A stretch of DNA of 64,000 nucleotides from Acidobacteriota bacterium. GTDB taxonomy: Bacteria > Acidobacteriota > UBA6911. The notes under the pieces are model-generated. The model had not been told where the DNA came from, made no database searches, and saw only the letters and a program-made list of their open reading frames with translations. Made by a program: the position numbers and the translations under genes. The stretch is from positions 3,584,001-3,648,000 of the forward strand of contig OY761556.1 in NCBI GenBank assembly GCA_963664705.1. Reading direction: 5' to 3'. This document shows, piece after piece, positions 10,099 through 21,212 of the stretch (the first letter of the stretch is position 1; every line of letters begins with the position of its first letter).

Positions 10099-11112
10099 AT
10101 GTCTGATTTACAGCAATGGTACATGTTGATCGGTGGCAATCAAATAGGCCCGGTGAGCATACAGCAGGTCATCGCCAATATTCAGAATGGCAGCGTGCAG
10201 GCAAACACGTATGTTTTCGCCGTTGGAATGAAGGATTGGGTTCCAGCGGGACAGGTGGAGTCTTTCGCCCCGTATTTCGGTTCAAGCCCGGTCCCGGTTC
10301 CGATACCCAAGGCTCCAGAAAAAGTCGCTCACGAAATTGACTTCAAGATCTTCGGCGAGGATCTCCAGTTTGTGGAGGTAGAGCTGGATCCAGGGGAAAG
10401 TGCGGTCGCCGAAGCCGGCGCAATGATGTATATGACCCCGGGCATTGAAATGAATACCATCTTTGGAGACGGATCTGCATCCAGCGCATCCGCGGGTTTG
10501 ATGGGGAAACTTCTCGGAGCCGGAAAGCGCATTATCACCGGCGAAAGCCTGTTCATGACAGTTTTCACCAACTCGGGAAGCGGCAAGCAACAGGTCGCAT
10601 TTGCGGCCCCTTTTGCCGGCCGGATTCTTCCAATGGATCTTACTACGCTGGGAGGAACACTCATCTGTCAGAAAGACTCCTTCCTCTGTGCAGCAAAGGG
10701 CGTATCCATAGGAATCGCGTTCCAGCGGAAAATCGGAGTGGGACTGTTCGGCGGAGAAGGATTTATCATGCAGAGGCTCGAAGGAGACGGGTTGTGTTTT
10801 GTCCATGCAGGCGGGATGCTCCACAGCCTGGAGCTTGCCGCAGGCCAGACCCTGCGCGTCGACACGGGATGCATCGTGGCATTACAGCCCAGCGTGAACT
10901 TTGACATTCAGTTTGTCGGCAAGATCAAATCGGCTTTGTTTGGTGGAGAAGGATTGTTCTTTGCCACCCTGACCGGCCCGGGAAAAGTGTGGCTCCAGTC
11001 GCTGCCCCTGAGCCGTCTCGCCGATAGAATCGTAAAGGCTGCATCGGTCGGTGGAAGAAAAGAAGAGGGGAGTATTCTCGGCAATTTCGGCAATCTGATT
11101 GATGGTGACTAA
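10099..11112 (+). CDS. TIGR00266/AIM24-family protein with N-terminal GYF_2-like domain
   Basis: N-terminal WY...QIGPVS...YVF..GMKDW; AIM24 core AEAGAMMYM, GESLF, FGGEGF and GPGKVWLQSLP. Confidence 0.88.
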   Translation: MSDLQQWYMLIGGNQIGPVSIQQVIANIQNGSVQANTYVFAVGMKDWVPAGQVESFAPYFGSSPVPVPIPKAPEKVAHEIDFKIFGEDLQFVEVELDPGESAVAEAGAMMYMTPGIEMNTIFGDGSASSASAGLMGKLLGAGKRIITGESLFMTVFTNSGSGKQQVAFAAPFAGRILPMDLTTLGGTLICQKDSFLCAAKGVSIGIAFQRKIGVGLFGGEGFIMQRLEGDGLCFVHAGGMLHSLELAAGQTLRVDTGCIVALQPSVNFDIQFVGKIKSALFGGEGLFFATLTGPGKVWLQSLPLSRLADRIVKAASVGGRKEEGSILGNFGNLIDGD

Positions 11113-11123
11113 GTTTGGGTCCG

Positions 11124-11159
11124 AAAGCCCGAAGGCTCCGGGAAGAGTCTTCGGGCTTT
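11124..11159 (+). terminator. Stem-loop, likely terminator
   Basis: AAAGCCCGAAGGCTC...GAGTCTTCGGGCTTT just after the stop codon. Confidence 0.6.
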
Positions 11160-11235
11160 GTCGAGGTCACGTGCTCCTAGTCATCGGATTTGTTTATAAG
11201 TAAAATTGATCCGGTACGCGTTTCCCGGGAGCACG

Positions 11236-14200
11236 ATGAAAAAGCATTGGCGCAAGATTCTATCCATAATCATATTGGCGGTCGTACTCCTCGCATTCGG
11301 CTGCCACTTCCTGCTGCAGACTTCGCTCGTCACCCGGCTGCTCCTCAACCAAGCAAACCAATATCTCCGCCATAATGCTAACGTGGAATTGGGTGCATCC
11401 AGGTTGAAGCTCAACCTGTTCAAGCAAAGCATTACTCTGGAAAATGCAACCATCCGCGCCACATCCGCCCCGGACCTCCCTCCCCTTTTCCGGGCTTCCC
11501 GGATATATGCCAGGCTGGGAGTTCTTTCCACAATTCGCGGCTTGCTGACGATAGAGGATTTGCAGATTACTGCGCCCAAAGTTCATTGCTACGTTGGACA
11601 GGATGACAGAACAAATCTGCCGACAAGCGTCAAGAAAGCGGAATCGACAGCCCGATACCTGATTGTGCGCGCTTCTGCAGATAACGGTTCAATCCGCTAT
11701 GAAAACCGGCGTCAGCAAACAGATTTGAATCTGCCCGTGTGGCATCTTGGCATCAGCGGAAATCCAGCCACGCTCGATCACCAATTGGATTACTCAACGC
11801 AGAGAGGCGGATTCATACAGACCAGGGATCAGACCATCCCAATGGACTCCATTCAAGTTCAGGGATCACTGAAGCGCGATGCCCTCGAAATAGGCCTGGC
11901 CCGGCTTTCATCACAGCATTCGATTCTCTCGGCAAAGGGTACAATCCGAGGCTTTTCAAATCCGCAGATCGATCTGCACCTGATCCCCGATCTCGATTTA
12001 CAGGATCTCGCAGCCACCGCTGCTATCGGGCGGCGTTGGCAAGGCAAGCTGACGGGCAGCGTTCACGCTACGGGCCCAATCCCGGGATTGGAGATACAGG
12101 CAAGCATCCGGGGAATCAATGTCACGGCAGAAAGCTACAAAGGCATCGGGCTCGATTCCAGCATTCGCGCAACCTTGAACGACGGGAGTATCCTGCTGCG
12201 GGATTTTCAGCTAAGGTTTCCACAGGGATCTTTGCAAGGTGCCGGAACCCTCATTACTGGGTCAAATCACGGGGTGAATCATCTCGATGTTGCTCTGAAG
12301 GATTTTGATTTTTACCCCGCATGGAGGCTCATTCACCCGTCGTTTGATCTTGCCAGCCGGGGCACCGGGAAAATCTCAATGAATTGGGATGGCCCCCTGG
12401 GCGTTTCCAATCTGAATGGCAGAGCCAATCTGGATCTGCGCCCAACACGCCGAAATCCAGGACGATACATTCTTCCAGTTTCGGGTAATGTTGTTGCAGA
12501 AATGCGCGCGGGACGCATGACGGGAGCTTTGCAGGCTGCAACGATTGTCGGCACTCGGCTGCGCGGCAGTTTCTCGATGGTCTCTTTTAAAACCATCGAT
12601 GCAGCGGTCCATGGAGACAGCGCAAACATCGAATCCAGCCTATCATCTGTTTCTGAATTTATCGGCAACCCCGATCCAACGCTGGTGGGCATGAAACTGG
12701 TAGGTCCCGTACAATTCGTCGCCAGTATTTCCGGCCCACTTGCCAATCCCCTTATCTCGGCCACTGTTCATAGCCCCTCTCTACAGGCCGGCAATCTAAA
12801 GGGTTTGGGAGTGGATGCGGATACTGCCATCAAGGATTCTCAAGTTGAGTTCCGAGGCTCCGTCGCGTTGTCGGATGCTTCGGTTATCGAAGCCCGGGGA
12901 ACCGTTGCCTTCAGCAGGAATAGGGCCCGCCTCCAACTTGACGCATCCACTAGCCGCGTACCGGCCGGCACGATCCTCCCCATTCTCGGCAGCAGCATTC
13001 CCGCAAAAGGTGAGTTGAACGGCACCCTGCACCTGGACGGTCCAGTGGATAACCTCACCGGTTACGCTCGCATCGCAGGAACCGGGCTAAGCATTTATCA
13101 GGAACCGCTGGGTCAGTTTGAAACAAATCTGCAGGTATCGGGAAACGAGATTCGCTCCAATCCTTTCAGGTTTATCCGAGACGCACAGCATCCGGACACT
13201 AATTACATTGACGCAGCCTTCAGCTATGGGCTGAATTCGGGGCAGTTCGCGATTCGGGCAAACGGTAAGGACTTGATTTGGGAACAGCATCAGTTCCATG
13301 GCACTGAAATTCTCAACGGAAAAATAAACCTGAGCCTGTCCGGTCAGGGGACCTTCGAAAAACCCGTGATAGATCTTAAACTCGAATCCGGGAATATACA
13401 GGTGCGCGAGCGCAGGATCGGCCCCATCACTGTCCTGGCAACAATGCGGGACAACCATGCAACCATCAATGCGACGGCACCGCAAATAAACATCTCTTCA
13501 TCCGCACACATCGGCACGCTCTCGCCATACCCTTTTGACGCAGAGATGCACATCCAAAATACGGATGTGTCATTGCTAGGGTTGACAGCCGCAAACAAAC
13601 AGCCGGTTACAGGCACCATCGCTGCAACACTGAACAGCGATGGAAATCTTGATGCAATCAAAGATTCCCATTTTGCAGCTCGGATTCAAAAATTGGACCT
13701 GCGCTCCGGGAACCTGGAAATGCATACGGACGGCATACTCGAGGCGGAATATCGAAACCAATCGATTGCCATTCTCAAACCTGCCACGATTGTGAGCGGC
13801 AATTCCAGTCTGCTGGTATCTGGAAGCGTACCCATGGAGCAAACGGGAGCGCCTGGAACCGTGATGCTAAAAGGTCAGGTCGATCTGGCCCAGGCTGCGG
13901 CTTTTTTGCCCCGGCAGGAAGGCTTGGCCGTTGCCGGCACCGTTAACCTGAACCTTTCCGTTTCCGGCAATGCAAAGCAAATCAACGCGTCCGGACTGAT
14001 CACCATGGATGACGGATACATCCGCGTACCGCACGTTGCCATGCCAATATCGAATATTCTTCTTCGGGCCAGTCTCGCCAATGGATCCCTGGTGTTGGAT
14101 CGCCTGGAAGCAAGGCTGGGATTGGGCTCCCTGGCGCTCAAAGGAGAACTGCCCCTTGGGCTTCTTCCCAACCGTATCCCCATAGGTTTTCCGCAAAAAA

Positions 14201-17200
14201 AAGGCCCGGCCAAGCTGGAAGCAGACATCGTCAATTTTCAACCTGAGGCGGCCGGACTGCTGCCTCAGGGCGTGGAAGGATTCATATCCCTGCACGCTTC
14301 CGGACAGGCTGCCGGCATGAATCTTGACTCGGTCAATGCGGATATTGTCTTCCGGCAACTGGGATTCAAAGTAAACGAGATGACGCTGGGTCAAAAGGAT
14401 GCCTCCACCATTGTTGTCCGCAATGGAGTCGCAACCATCTCAAAGCTGGCGCTCACAGGGACAGAGACGAGTATTCAGGCCACCGGATCCGCAAGTCTTC
14501 TTCCGGAGGGGCCGCTGAATCTGCGGCTTCTCGGCAGTTTCGACGCCGCACTCCTTACATTCATGGAGAAGGATCTGAAAACCGCAGGCAAAATGCTGGT
14601 CCGTATCGCCGTCGGAGGAAACCGCCGGTCTCCCAGTCTTTCTGGAGTAGCGGAAATGACGGGGGGCCGGCTCACAATGAGGGAACCGCGCGTTGTGGCC
14701 GACTCACTGAGAATGGGACTCGATCTTGCCCCAAATCGAATCACCCTTCGAGAATTCAAAAGCACACTCAATGGCGGAACACTGACAGCAAGTGGAACGA
14801 TAGGATATGACAATCGGGAACTGAACAACTTCAACCTGAAAGCCGCGGTCCAGGACGCATTCCTGGAATTCCCCGATGGGTTGAGATCGGCAGCCAACGC
14901 GGACCTAACAATTACGTCTTCGGATGAAAACATCCTGGTAGGAGGCACAGTCCGTATTCTCGAGAGCTCTTACCGTGAACCGTTTGCCGTCACCGGATCT
15001 CTGCTTAGCTTCCTGAGATCCCAGCGGGTGATGATTGGAAGCACCGCACCCAACCCTTTACTGCAGCGGGTCCGTTTCAATGTCGCGATGCGGACTTCTG
15101 CCCCCCTGCTGGTTCAAAACAACATCGCCAAAGCTGAAGCATCCGCAAACATTCGGCTGGTGGGATCATTCTATCAGCCTTCATTTGTAGGCCGGGTCAC
15201 GCTGGATCAAGGAGGCGAGATTGTAATGAACCAGCGGACCTACTATATCGAGCGCGGAACCGTTACTCTCACAGATCAATCCGAAATCAGACCCGAACTG
15301 GATATCGAAGCTCAAACAAAAGTGGATCCTTATACGGTGACTCTTCGTTTGACCGGCCCCCCGGAAAGACTTTCCACGATTCTTAGTTCAGAGCCCTCGC
15401 TCCCTGAGCCCGATATTCTTTCTCTGCTCCTGACGGGCAAGGTTAGTTCGGAAAGCACTCAACAGGTTGCGCGCAGCCAGGCATTGGCGCTGGTGGCCGG
15501 GCAGGCCGGAGAGGAAATCACGCGGGAAGCCCGCCAAGCCCTGCACCTGAGCACCTTCCGGTTGGATCCCGGAGGCCTGATCGCATCGGAATCGGATTTG
15601 GGAGCAAGACTGACGATAGGCGAGGATATCACGAGAAAGCTGAGCCTCGCCTATTCCATGGACTTGGTCAACAGCGGCAAGCAGATTTGGGCCGCACAAT
15701 ACAAGATAACCCGAACGCTCACCACGCAGGCAACGAAGCAGGAAGACAACAGTTACCGGGCGGAATTCCGCCACGATCTCCGGTTCGGCGGCGCGCCAGC
15801 CACGCGAGCATCGCGGACCGCCCAGACCAAGTTTACGATCGGTTCCATTCAGTTTCGCGGACAGGATCCGGAATTTGAAAGCAAGTTGAGGGAGAGATTC
15901 AAGGTCAAACCCGGCGACAGGTATGATTTCCCGAAGGTTCAGAAAGGACTGGACCGACTTCACGCCTTTTATTCCGATCAGAAGCGGCTGGAAGCGAATA
16001 TTCGGCTTCAGCGCGAAACCCAGGACAAAAACGTCAGCCTTGATATCAGCATCGAACCTGGTCCTATTCTGGAATTCTCCTATCAGGGGTTCGCGCTATC
16101 ACAAAAAATTAGGGAACAGGTCGAGGCTGACTGGAAAAACGGTGTTTTTGACATCGAACGATTGGAGGATGCCGTCAACACCCTCCGCCGGCAACTGCTT
16201 CTCGAAGGCTATCTGCAGGCCAAGATAACTCATGCGGTTGAAACTCAGGCGGATCGGAAGATTGTTCATTTCGTAGTGGAACCAGGAACGAAGTTTTCCA
16301 AAATACCGGTTCTCTTCCCGGACGCTTCGGGAATCAGCGCGACCGAACTGATCAATGCGTTGGACAAATCAAATCTTGAATTGGACATTTACGCGGATCC
16401 GCAGAAGGTAGCCGACTATATCAAACAGTATTACCGTGAACGCGGATTTCTTCAGGCAAATATTGCTCTTCCCAAACCGAAGCTCGATCCCAAAGCAGGG
16501 ACGGGCGAAGTGGCCATCCCGGTTCAGGAAGGTCCACTCTTTAAGGTGGGCGATCTGGAATTCGAAAGCTATAAAGCCTTTGACTACGACCAGCTATGGA
16601 GTGTGATTCCCACATCCACCGGAAGCATCTACAACCCCAAGAGCATGCAGGATGCAATGCGCGCGCTGGAAACGCTGTACCACGGCAAGGGCTACAACGA
16701 CGTATCCGTCACCTACCGTGTTTTGCAGGAACCCAAAGCCGCACGGGCTGATGTTGCATTCCAAATCACGGAGCGCAGGCAATCCATTATCCGGGAGATT
16801 GAGATTGAAGGAAACAGAGACACCAGCCGTGGCTTCATCCAACGCCAATTGGATTTCGAAATTGGAGACGTGCTCGATCTGAACAGGATCGACACAACTC
16901 GAAAAAGGCTCTACACCACGGGAGTATACACATCGGTGGATTTTCAGAACGAAGAACTGCCGGGCTCCACACTGAATTCCGCTGTAAAGAATATGCGTGT
17001 TCGCATTCGCGTCCGCGAAGCTCGCCCCTACCGCCTGCAGTACGGAGTCCTTTACGATACCGACCGCGGCCCTGGCGGTCTGCTGGAAGCCCAGAATCTC
17101 AATGTATTCGGGCGCGCGTCCTCCCTTGGAATGAAGCTGCGCTACGACTCCAACCTGAAGGAAGCTCGCATTTCCTACAATCAGCCGTTTGTCACCAACA

Positions 17201-18066
17201 ACTTTCTTAAGCTGGACGCAACAGCTTTTGTGCAAAAGGAAACTCGCGTTGCCTTCGACGCAAAACGGGTCGGATTCGCGCTGTTCCGGGAAAAAGCGCT
17301 TGCCCGGAAGTATGTTTTCGACTACGGCTATCGCTATGACTACGTAAGGTGGGACGGGCTTCCTCCGGATCCCACGCTCTATCAGTCCAGCGCTCCTGTT
17401 TCACGCCTGGTTGCGACGGTGACGAGAGATACGCGCGATAGTATCCTGGACGCAACGCGCGGAGAGTTCACTTCCCACAGCTTTGAGTTTGGCCCCAGCT
17501 GGCTCGGATCGGAAACAGGATTCGCCCGGTATTCCGGACAGTATTTTCGCTATGTCCCGCTGGACAAGTACCTGGGAAAACCGGTGAAGGATAAGGAGGG
17601 AAATCGACTGCCGGCATCTCTTGTATATGCCGGTGCTCTGCGCCTCGGATTGACCACCGCGTTCAGCCATAACCAGGAAGTTATCTCTCCAGAACGGTTT
17701 TTTGCAGGTGGCGGCACGACGATGCGAGGTTTCAAGCAGGACATGCTGGGCCCTACCAAATTTGAAACTGATCGGGAAACGGGCGAACTGGTGGAGCGGC
17801 CCGTTGGAGGAGAAGCGCAGTTTCTTTTCAACAACGAAATCCGATTCCCCATCGTCAGTATTTTTCAGGGAGTAGGATTTGTGGACATCGGAAACATCTA
17901 CCCGCGCATTTCCGATTTCAATTTTAGCCTGCGCAAGACGGCCGGAATCGGGCTTCGACTCAAAATCAAATTCGTCCCGATTCGTTTTGATTATGGATTC
18001 AAGCTCGACCGCAGGACAGGGGAAAGCCGGGGTGCCTTTTTCTTCAGCATCGGCCAGGCATTTTAG
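11236..18066 (+). CDS. TamB/AsmA-like (DUF490) protein fused to POTRA repeats and an Omp85 (TamA/BamA) beta-barrel
   Basis: N-terminal TM anchor, long beta-rich AsmA-like repeats, DUF490-like LSSEPSLPEPDILSLLLTG, POTRA segments (YRERGFLQA, YHGKGYNDV, IEIEGNRDTS), ERFFAGGGTTMRGF loop and C-terminal FSIGQAF. Confidence 0.9.
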   Translation: MKKHWRKILSIIILAVVLLAFGCHFLLQTSLVTRLLLNQANQYLRHNANVELGASRLKLNLFKQSITLENATIRATSAPDLPPLFRASRIYARLGVLSTIRGLLTIEDLQITAPKVHCYVGQDDRTNLPTSVKKAESTARYLIVRASADNGSIRYENRRQQTDLNLPVWHLGISGNPATLDHQLDYSTQRGGFIQTRDQTIPMDSIQVQGSLKRDALEIGLARLSSQHSILSAKGTIRGFSNPQIDLHLIPDLDLQDLAATAAIGRRWQGKLTGSVHATGPIPGLEIQASIRGINVTAESYKGIGLDSSIRATLNDGSILLRDFQLRFPQGSLQGAGTLITGSNHGVNHLDVALKDFDFYPAWRLIHPSFDLASRGTGKISMNWDGPLGVSNLNGRANLDLRPTRRNPGRYILPVSGNVVAEMRAGRMTGALQAATIVGTRLRGSFSMVSFKTIDAAVHGDSANIESSLSSVSEFIGNPDPTLVGMKLVGPVQFVASISGPLANPLISATVHSPSLQAGNLKGLGVDADTAIKDSQVEFRGSVALSDASVIEARGTVAFSRNRARLQLDASTSRVPAGTILPILGSSIPAKGELNGTLHLDGPVDNLTGYARIAGTGLSIYQEPLGQFETNLQVSGNEIRSNPFRFIRDAQHPDTNYIDAAFSYGLNSGQFAIRANGKDLIWEQHQFHGTEILNGKINLSLSGQGTFEKPVIDLKLESGNIQVRERRIGPITVLATMRDNHATINATAPQINISSSAHIGTLSPYPFDAEMHIQNTDVSLLGLTAANKQPVTGTIAATLNSDGNLDAIKDSHFAARIQKLDLRSGNLEMHTDGILEAEYRNQSIAILKPATIVSGNSSLLVSGSVPMEQTGAPGTVMLKGQVDLAQAAAFLPRQEGLAVAGTVNLNLSVSGNAKQINASGLITMDDGYIRVPHVAMPISNILLRASLANGSLVLDRLEARLGLGSLALKGELPLGLLPNRIPIGFPQKKGPAKLEADIVNFQPEAAGLLPQGVEGFISLHASGQAAGMNLDSVNADIVFRQLGFKVNEMTLGQKDASTIVVRNGVATISKLALTGTETSIQATGSASLLPEGPLNLRLLGSFDAALLTFMEKDLKTAGKMLVRIAVGGNRRSPSLSGVAEMTGGRLTMREPRVVADSLRMGLDLAPNRITLREFKSTLNGGTLTASGTIGYDNRELNNFNLKAAVQDAFLEFPDGLRSAANADLTITSSDENILVGGTVRILESSYREPFAVTGSLLSFLRSQRVMIGSTAPNPLLQRVRFNVAMRTSAPLLVQNNIAKAEASANIRLVGSFYQPSFVGRVTLDQGGEIVMNQRTYYIERGTVTLTDQSEIRPELDIEAQTKVDPYTVTLRLTGPPERLSTILSSEPSLPEPDILSLLLTGKVSSESTQQVARSQALALVAGQAGEEITREARQALHLSTFRLDPGGLIASESDLGARLTIGEDITRKLSLAYSMDLVNSGKQIWAAQYKITRTLTTQATKQEDNSYRAEFRHDLRFGGAPATRASRTAQTKFTIGSIQFRGQDPEFESKLRERFKVKPGDRYDFPKVQKGLDRLHAFYSDQKRLEANIRLQRETQDKNVSLDISIEPGPILEFSYQGFALSQKIREQVEADWKNGVFDIERLEDAVNTLRRQLLLEGYLQAKITHAVETQADRKIVHFVVEPGTKFSKIPVLFPDASGISATELINALDKSNLELDIYADPQKVADYIKQYYRERGFLQANIALPKPKLDPKAGTGEVAIPVQEGPLFKVGDLEFESYKAFDYDQLWSVIPTSTGSIYNPKSMQDAMRALETLYHGKGYNDVSVTYRVLQEPKAARADVAFQITERRQSIIREIEIEGNRDTSRGFIQRQLDFEIGDVLDLNRIDTTRKRLYTTGVYTSVDFQNEELPGSTLNSAVKNMRVRIRVREARPYRLQYGVLYDTDRGPGGLLEAQNLNVFGRASSLGMKLRYDSNLKEARISYNQPFVTNNFLKLDATAFVQKETRVAFDAKRVGFALFREKALARKYVFDYGYRYDYVRWDGLPPDPTLYQSSAPVSRLVATVTRDTRDSILDATRGEFTSHSFEFGPSWLGSETGFARYSGQYFRYVPLDKYLGKPVKDKEGNRLPASLVYAGALRLGLTTAFSHNQEVISPERFFAGGGTTMRGFKQDMLGPTKFETDRETGELVERPVGGEAQFLFNNEIRFPIVSIFQGVGFVDIGNIYPRISDFNFSLRKTAGIGLRLKIKFVPIRFDYGFKLDRRTGESRGAFFFSIGQAF

Positions 18067-18113
18067 TCCGGAGAGACCGCAGCCCTTGCATCCAGCCGGC
18101 AGATCTTCCCAGT

Positions 18114-21005
18114 CTATGGCTCCGCATACTCCTCAATGGGAGGACACAGGCAAATCAGGTTGCGATCGCCGAAGGGATTGTCAATCCTGCCGACGGAGGG
18201 CCAGAACTTGCGTTCGCGAACCCATGCAACGGGAAATGCAGCCTGCTCGCGCGAATAAGGATGTGGCCACTCCTGCTTCAAGAGCGATTCCACCGTGTGC
18301 GGCGCATTCTTTAATAGGTTGTCAGTAGAAGGCACTCTCCCCTCTTCAATCGCGGCAATCTCCTTCCGAATTGAAATCATGGCGTCGCAAAACCGATTCA
18401 ATTCCTCAAGGGACTCGCTCTCCGTCGGCTCAATCATCATGGTGCCGGGCACGGGGAAGGAAATGGTTGGCGCGTGAAATCCGTAATCCATCAACCTTTT
18501 TGCGACATCCTCTACTTCTATTCCTGCGCTCTTTTTCAGAGGACGAAGATCCACAATGCACTCATGCGCTACGAAGCCATTCCGGCCTTTGAACAGGACC
18601 GGGTAATGAGGGTCGAGCCGCCTGGCCACATAGTTGGCATTGAGAATCGCATAACAGGTCGCCTCCCGCAGTCCCCGTGCTCCCATCATGCAGATATATG
18701 CCCATGAAATCGGCAATATGTTCGCACTCCCCCAGGGAGAAGAGGAAACCGGTCCAATGCCTTCGCTCCCGCCCGTAGAAACGACAGGATGACCCGGCAG
18801 AAAACCGGCCAGATGTGCAGCGACCGCAATGGGACCAACTCCGGGTCCTCCGCCGCCGTGCGGTATGCAGAAGGTCTTATGCAGATTCAAGTGACATACA
18901 TCCGCTCCGATTTCAAGCGGCCGGCACAGGCCTACCTGCGCGTTCATGTTTGCTCCGTCCATATATACCTGGCCGCCGGCCGCATGCACGGCTGCGCAGA
19001 TCTCCTGGATGGATTCCTCAAAAACACCGTGCGTTGATGGATATGTAACCATCAACGCCGCGAGCGTATCCCGATATTGTTCCGCCTTCTTCTTCAAATC
19101 TCCTACATCGATATTGCCGTTTTCGTCACAGGCGACCACAACAACCTTCATCCCTGCCATTACCGCGCTGGCCGGATTTGTCCCGTGCGCGGAATCGGGG
19201 ATCAGGCAAATGTTTCGATGTCCCTCCCCCTGCTTCTCATGGTATTTGCGGATGACAAGCAATCCGGAGTATTCACCTTGCGACCCGGCATTCGGCTGCA
19301 GCGACACGGCCGCAAGGCCGGTAATCTCGCACAGCCATTCCTCCAACTGCCTGAACAAAACCCGATATCCTTCGGCCTGATCGGCTGGGACGAATGGATG
19401 GATTCTGGAAAATTCCGGCCACGTGATCGGAATCATCTCCGCCGTCGCATTCAGCTTCATCGTGCAGGAGCCGAGGGGAATCATCGACACATTCAAAGCA
19501 AGATCCTTGCTTTCGAGACGATGCAGGTATCGCAGAAACTCGGTCTCCGAATGGTGCTGTTGAAATACCGGATGGGTGAGGAAGCTGCTGGCACGCACGA
19601 GAGGTTCCGGAATCGCAGGCAAGGCTTCCTTCAACAATTCCTCAACGCTAAACGGGAGGGATGCCTCCATGGAAAATATCTGCAGCAGGTCCGCCAGATC
19701 GTCCACGCTTGTCGTCTCATTGAAGCTGATTCCGATCACTCCATCTCTCACCTGCCGCAGGTTGATCTCACGGGCACGAGCGCGGTTCAATATTTGTTCC
19801 GCCGCGTGAGGAGCGGTTTCAACACGCAGCGTATCAAAGAATGCATCGGGTCCCGGTGCATAGCCAAGGCGCCTTAATCCATCGCGAAGGGCGCAAGTAA
19901 AGAGATGCACGCGCCGGGCAATTTGTCGGAGGCCCTCCGGACCATGGTAGACCGCATACATGCTCGCCATGACACCAAGCAGCACCTGCGCTGTACAGAT
20001 ATTGCTTGTGGCCTTATCGCGCCGAATGTGTTGTTCCCGGGTCTGCAGAGCAAGCCGCAATGCCGGCTTCCCGTTAGAATCCCGGGACACGCCAACGATA
20101 CGGCCGGGCATCTGCCGTTTGTAAGCATCGCGCGTAGCAAAATAGCCCGCATGAGGACCGCCATAGCCCAAAGGAACACCAAATCGCTGAGAACTCCCTA
20201 CCGCGATGTCGGCACCCAATTCCCCGGGAGCCCTCAGAAGGACGAGAGCGAGGAGATCCGCGGCAACGGTTACAAGTGCGCCGAAATCGTGGGCCCGGCG
20301 GATAAATTCGGAGTAGTCGCAGACCGAGCCTTCATCCGCGGGATATTGCAGGAGCGCCCCAAAAACGGGACTGGAAAAATCGAAGGTCTCATAATTTCCG
20401 ACGATCAATTCGAAGCCACGCGCCAGCGCCCGGGTCCGAACCACCTCGATTGTTTGCGGGTAGCAGGCCTCGGATATAAAGAAACGGTTCGAACCGTTTT
20501 TGCTGAGTCCATGGCTCATGGTCATTGCTTCCGCAGCGGCAGTGCCTTCGTCCAGCAATGATGAATTTGCTATTTCCAACCCGGTCAAATCGCAAACCAT
20601 GGTCTGGAAATTGAGCAATGCCTCCAGCCGTCCCTGGGAAATCTCAGCCTGATAGGGAGTATAGGCCGTATACCAGCCCGGGTTCTCGAGGATATTGCGC
20701 TGAATAACCGGAGGAGTAATGCAGTCATGGTATCCCATGCCGATGAACGATCGGAAGATCCTGTTCATGGATGCCAGCTTTTGCAGTCGGCTCAACATGG
20801 TGTATTCCGACAGTGTTTCGCCAATCCGGAGCGGTTGCGGAATCCGGATTGAGGGCGGGATGGTCTCCGAAACTAATTCTTCCATTTCGGAAAGATTCAG
20901 TTCCGCAAGCATTTCGGCTGCATTTTCAGGCCGAGGGCCGATGTGCCGCCGGATGAAAGAGTCTGCATTTTCCATTGAGAACCCGAGTTTTGTGATGGGT
21001 GGCAT
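18114..21005 (-). CDS. gcvP: Glycine dehydrogenase (decarboxylating), glycine cleavage P protein
   Basis: [42 protein letters not shown] and [17 protein letters not shown] (PLP Lys). Confidence 0.98.
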   Translation of the reverse strand: MPPITKLGFSMENADSFIRRHIGPRPENAAEMLAELNLSEMEELVSETIPPSIRIPQPLRIGETLSEYTMLSRLQKLASMNRIFRSFIGMGYHDCITPPVIQRNILENPGWYTAYTPYQAEISQGRLEALLNFQTMVCDLTGLEIANSSLLDEGTAAAEAMTMSHGLSKNGSNRFFISEACYPQTIEVVRTRALARGFELIVGNYETFDFSSPVFGALLQYPADEGSVCDYSEFIRRAHDFGALVTVAADLLALVLLRAPGELGADIAVGSSQRFGVPLGYGGPHAGYFATRDAYKRQMPGRIVGVSRDSNGKPALRLALQTREQHIRRDKATSNICTAQVLLGVMASMYAVYHGPEGLRQIARRVHLFTCALRDGLRRLGYAPGPDAFFDTLRVETAPHAAEQILNRARAREINLRQVRDGVIGISFNETTSVDDLADLLQIFSMEASLPFSVEELLKEALPAIPEPLVRASSFLTHPVFQQHHSETEFLRYLHRLESKDLALNVSMIPLGSCTMKLNATAEMIPITWPEFSRIHPFVPADQAEGYRVLFRQLEEWLCEITGLAAVSLQPNAGSQGEYSGLLVIRKYHEKQGEGHRNICLIPDSAHGTNPASAVMAGMKVVVVACDENGNIDVGDLKKKAEQYRDTLAALMVTYPSTHGVFEESIQEICAAVHAAGGQVYMDGANMNAQVGLCRPLEIGADVCHLNLHKTFCIPHGGGGPGVGPIAVAAHLAGFLPGHPVVSTGGSEGIGPVSSSPWGSANILPISWAYICMMGARGLREATCYAILNANYVARRLDPHYPVLFKGRNGFVAHECIVDLRPLKKSAGIEVEDVAKRLMDYGFHAPTISFPVPGTMMIEPTESESLEELNRFCDAMISIRKEIAAIEEGRVPSTDNLLKNAPHTVESLLKQEWPHPYSREQAAFPVAWVRERKFWPSVGRIDNPFGDRNLICLCPPIEEYAEP

Positions 21006-21212
21006 GTTTGATCCCCTGGCTAGAATGAATCCCTGCGCACGGTATATCCTGATTCCAGGTCACGCTTCTAGAGTTTAACTCCGGAAACGCAGGGACTCAA
21101 AGTGCAGATGAATGGAATTCAGCCGGCTCACGATGTTTCCTTGCGAAATTCGTGATTTTTTTGCAATTTTACCTGCTACAATGGGCCGACTCATTTACAA
21201 AGGATGCACGCT

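Noticed and set aside
21006-21200. Glycine riboswitch upstream of gcvP
   Set aside because: The GGAGA...CCGAAG...CTCTCAGG core was not found on the minus strand
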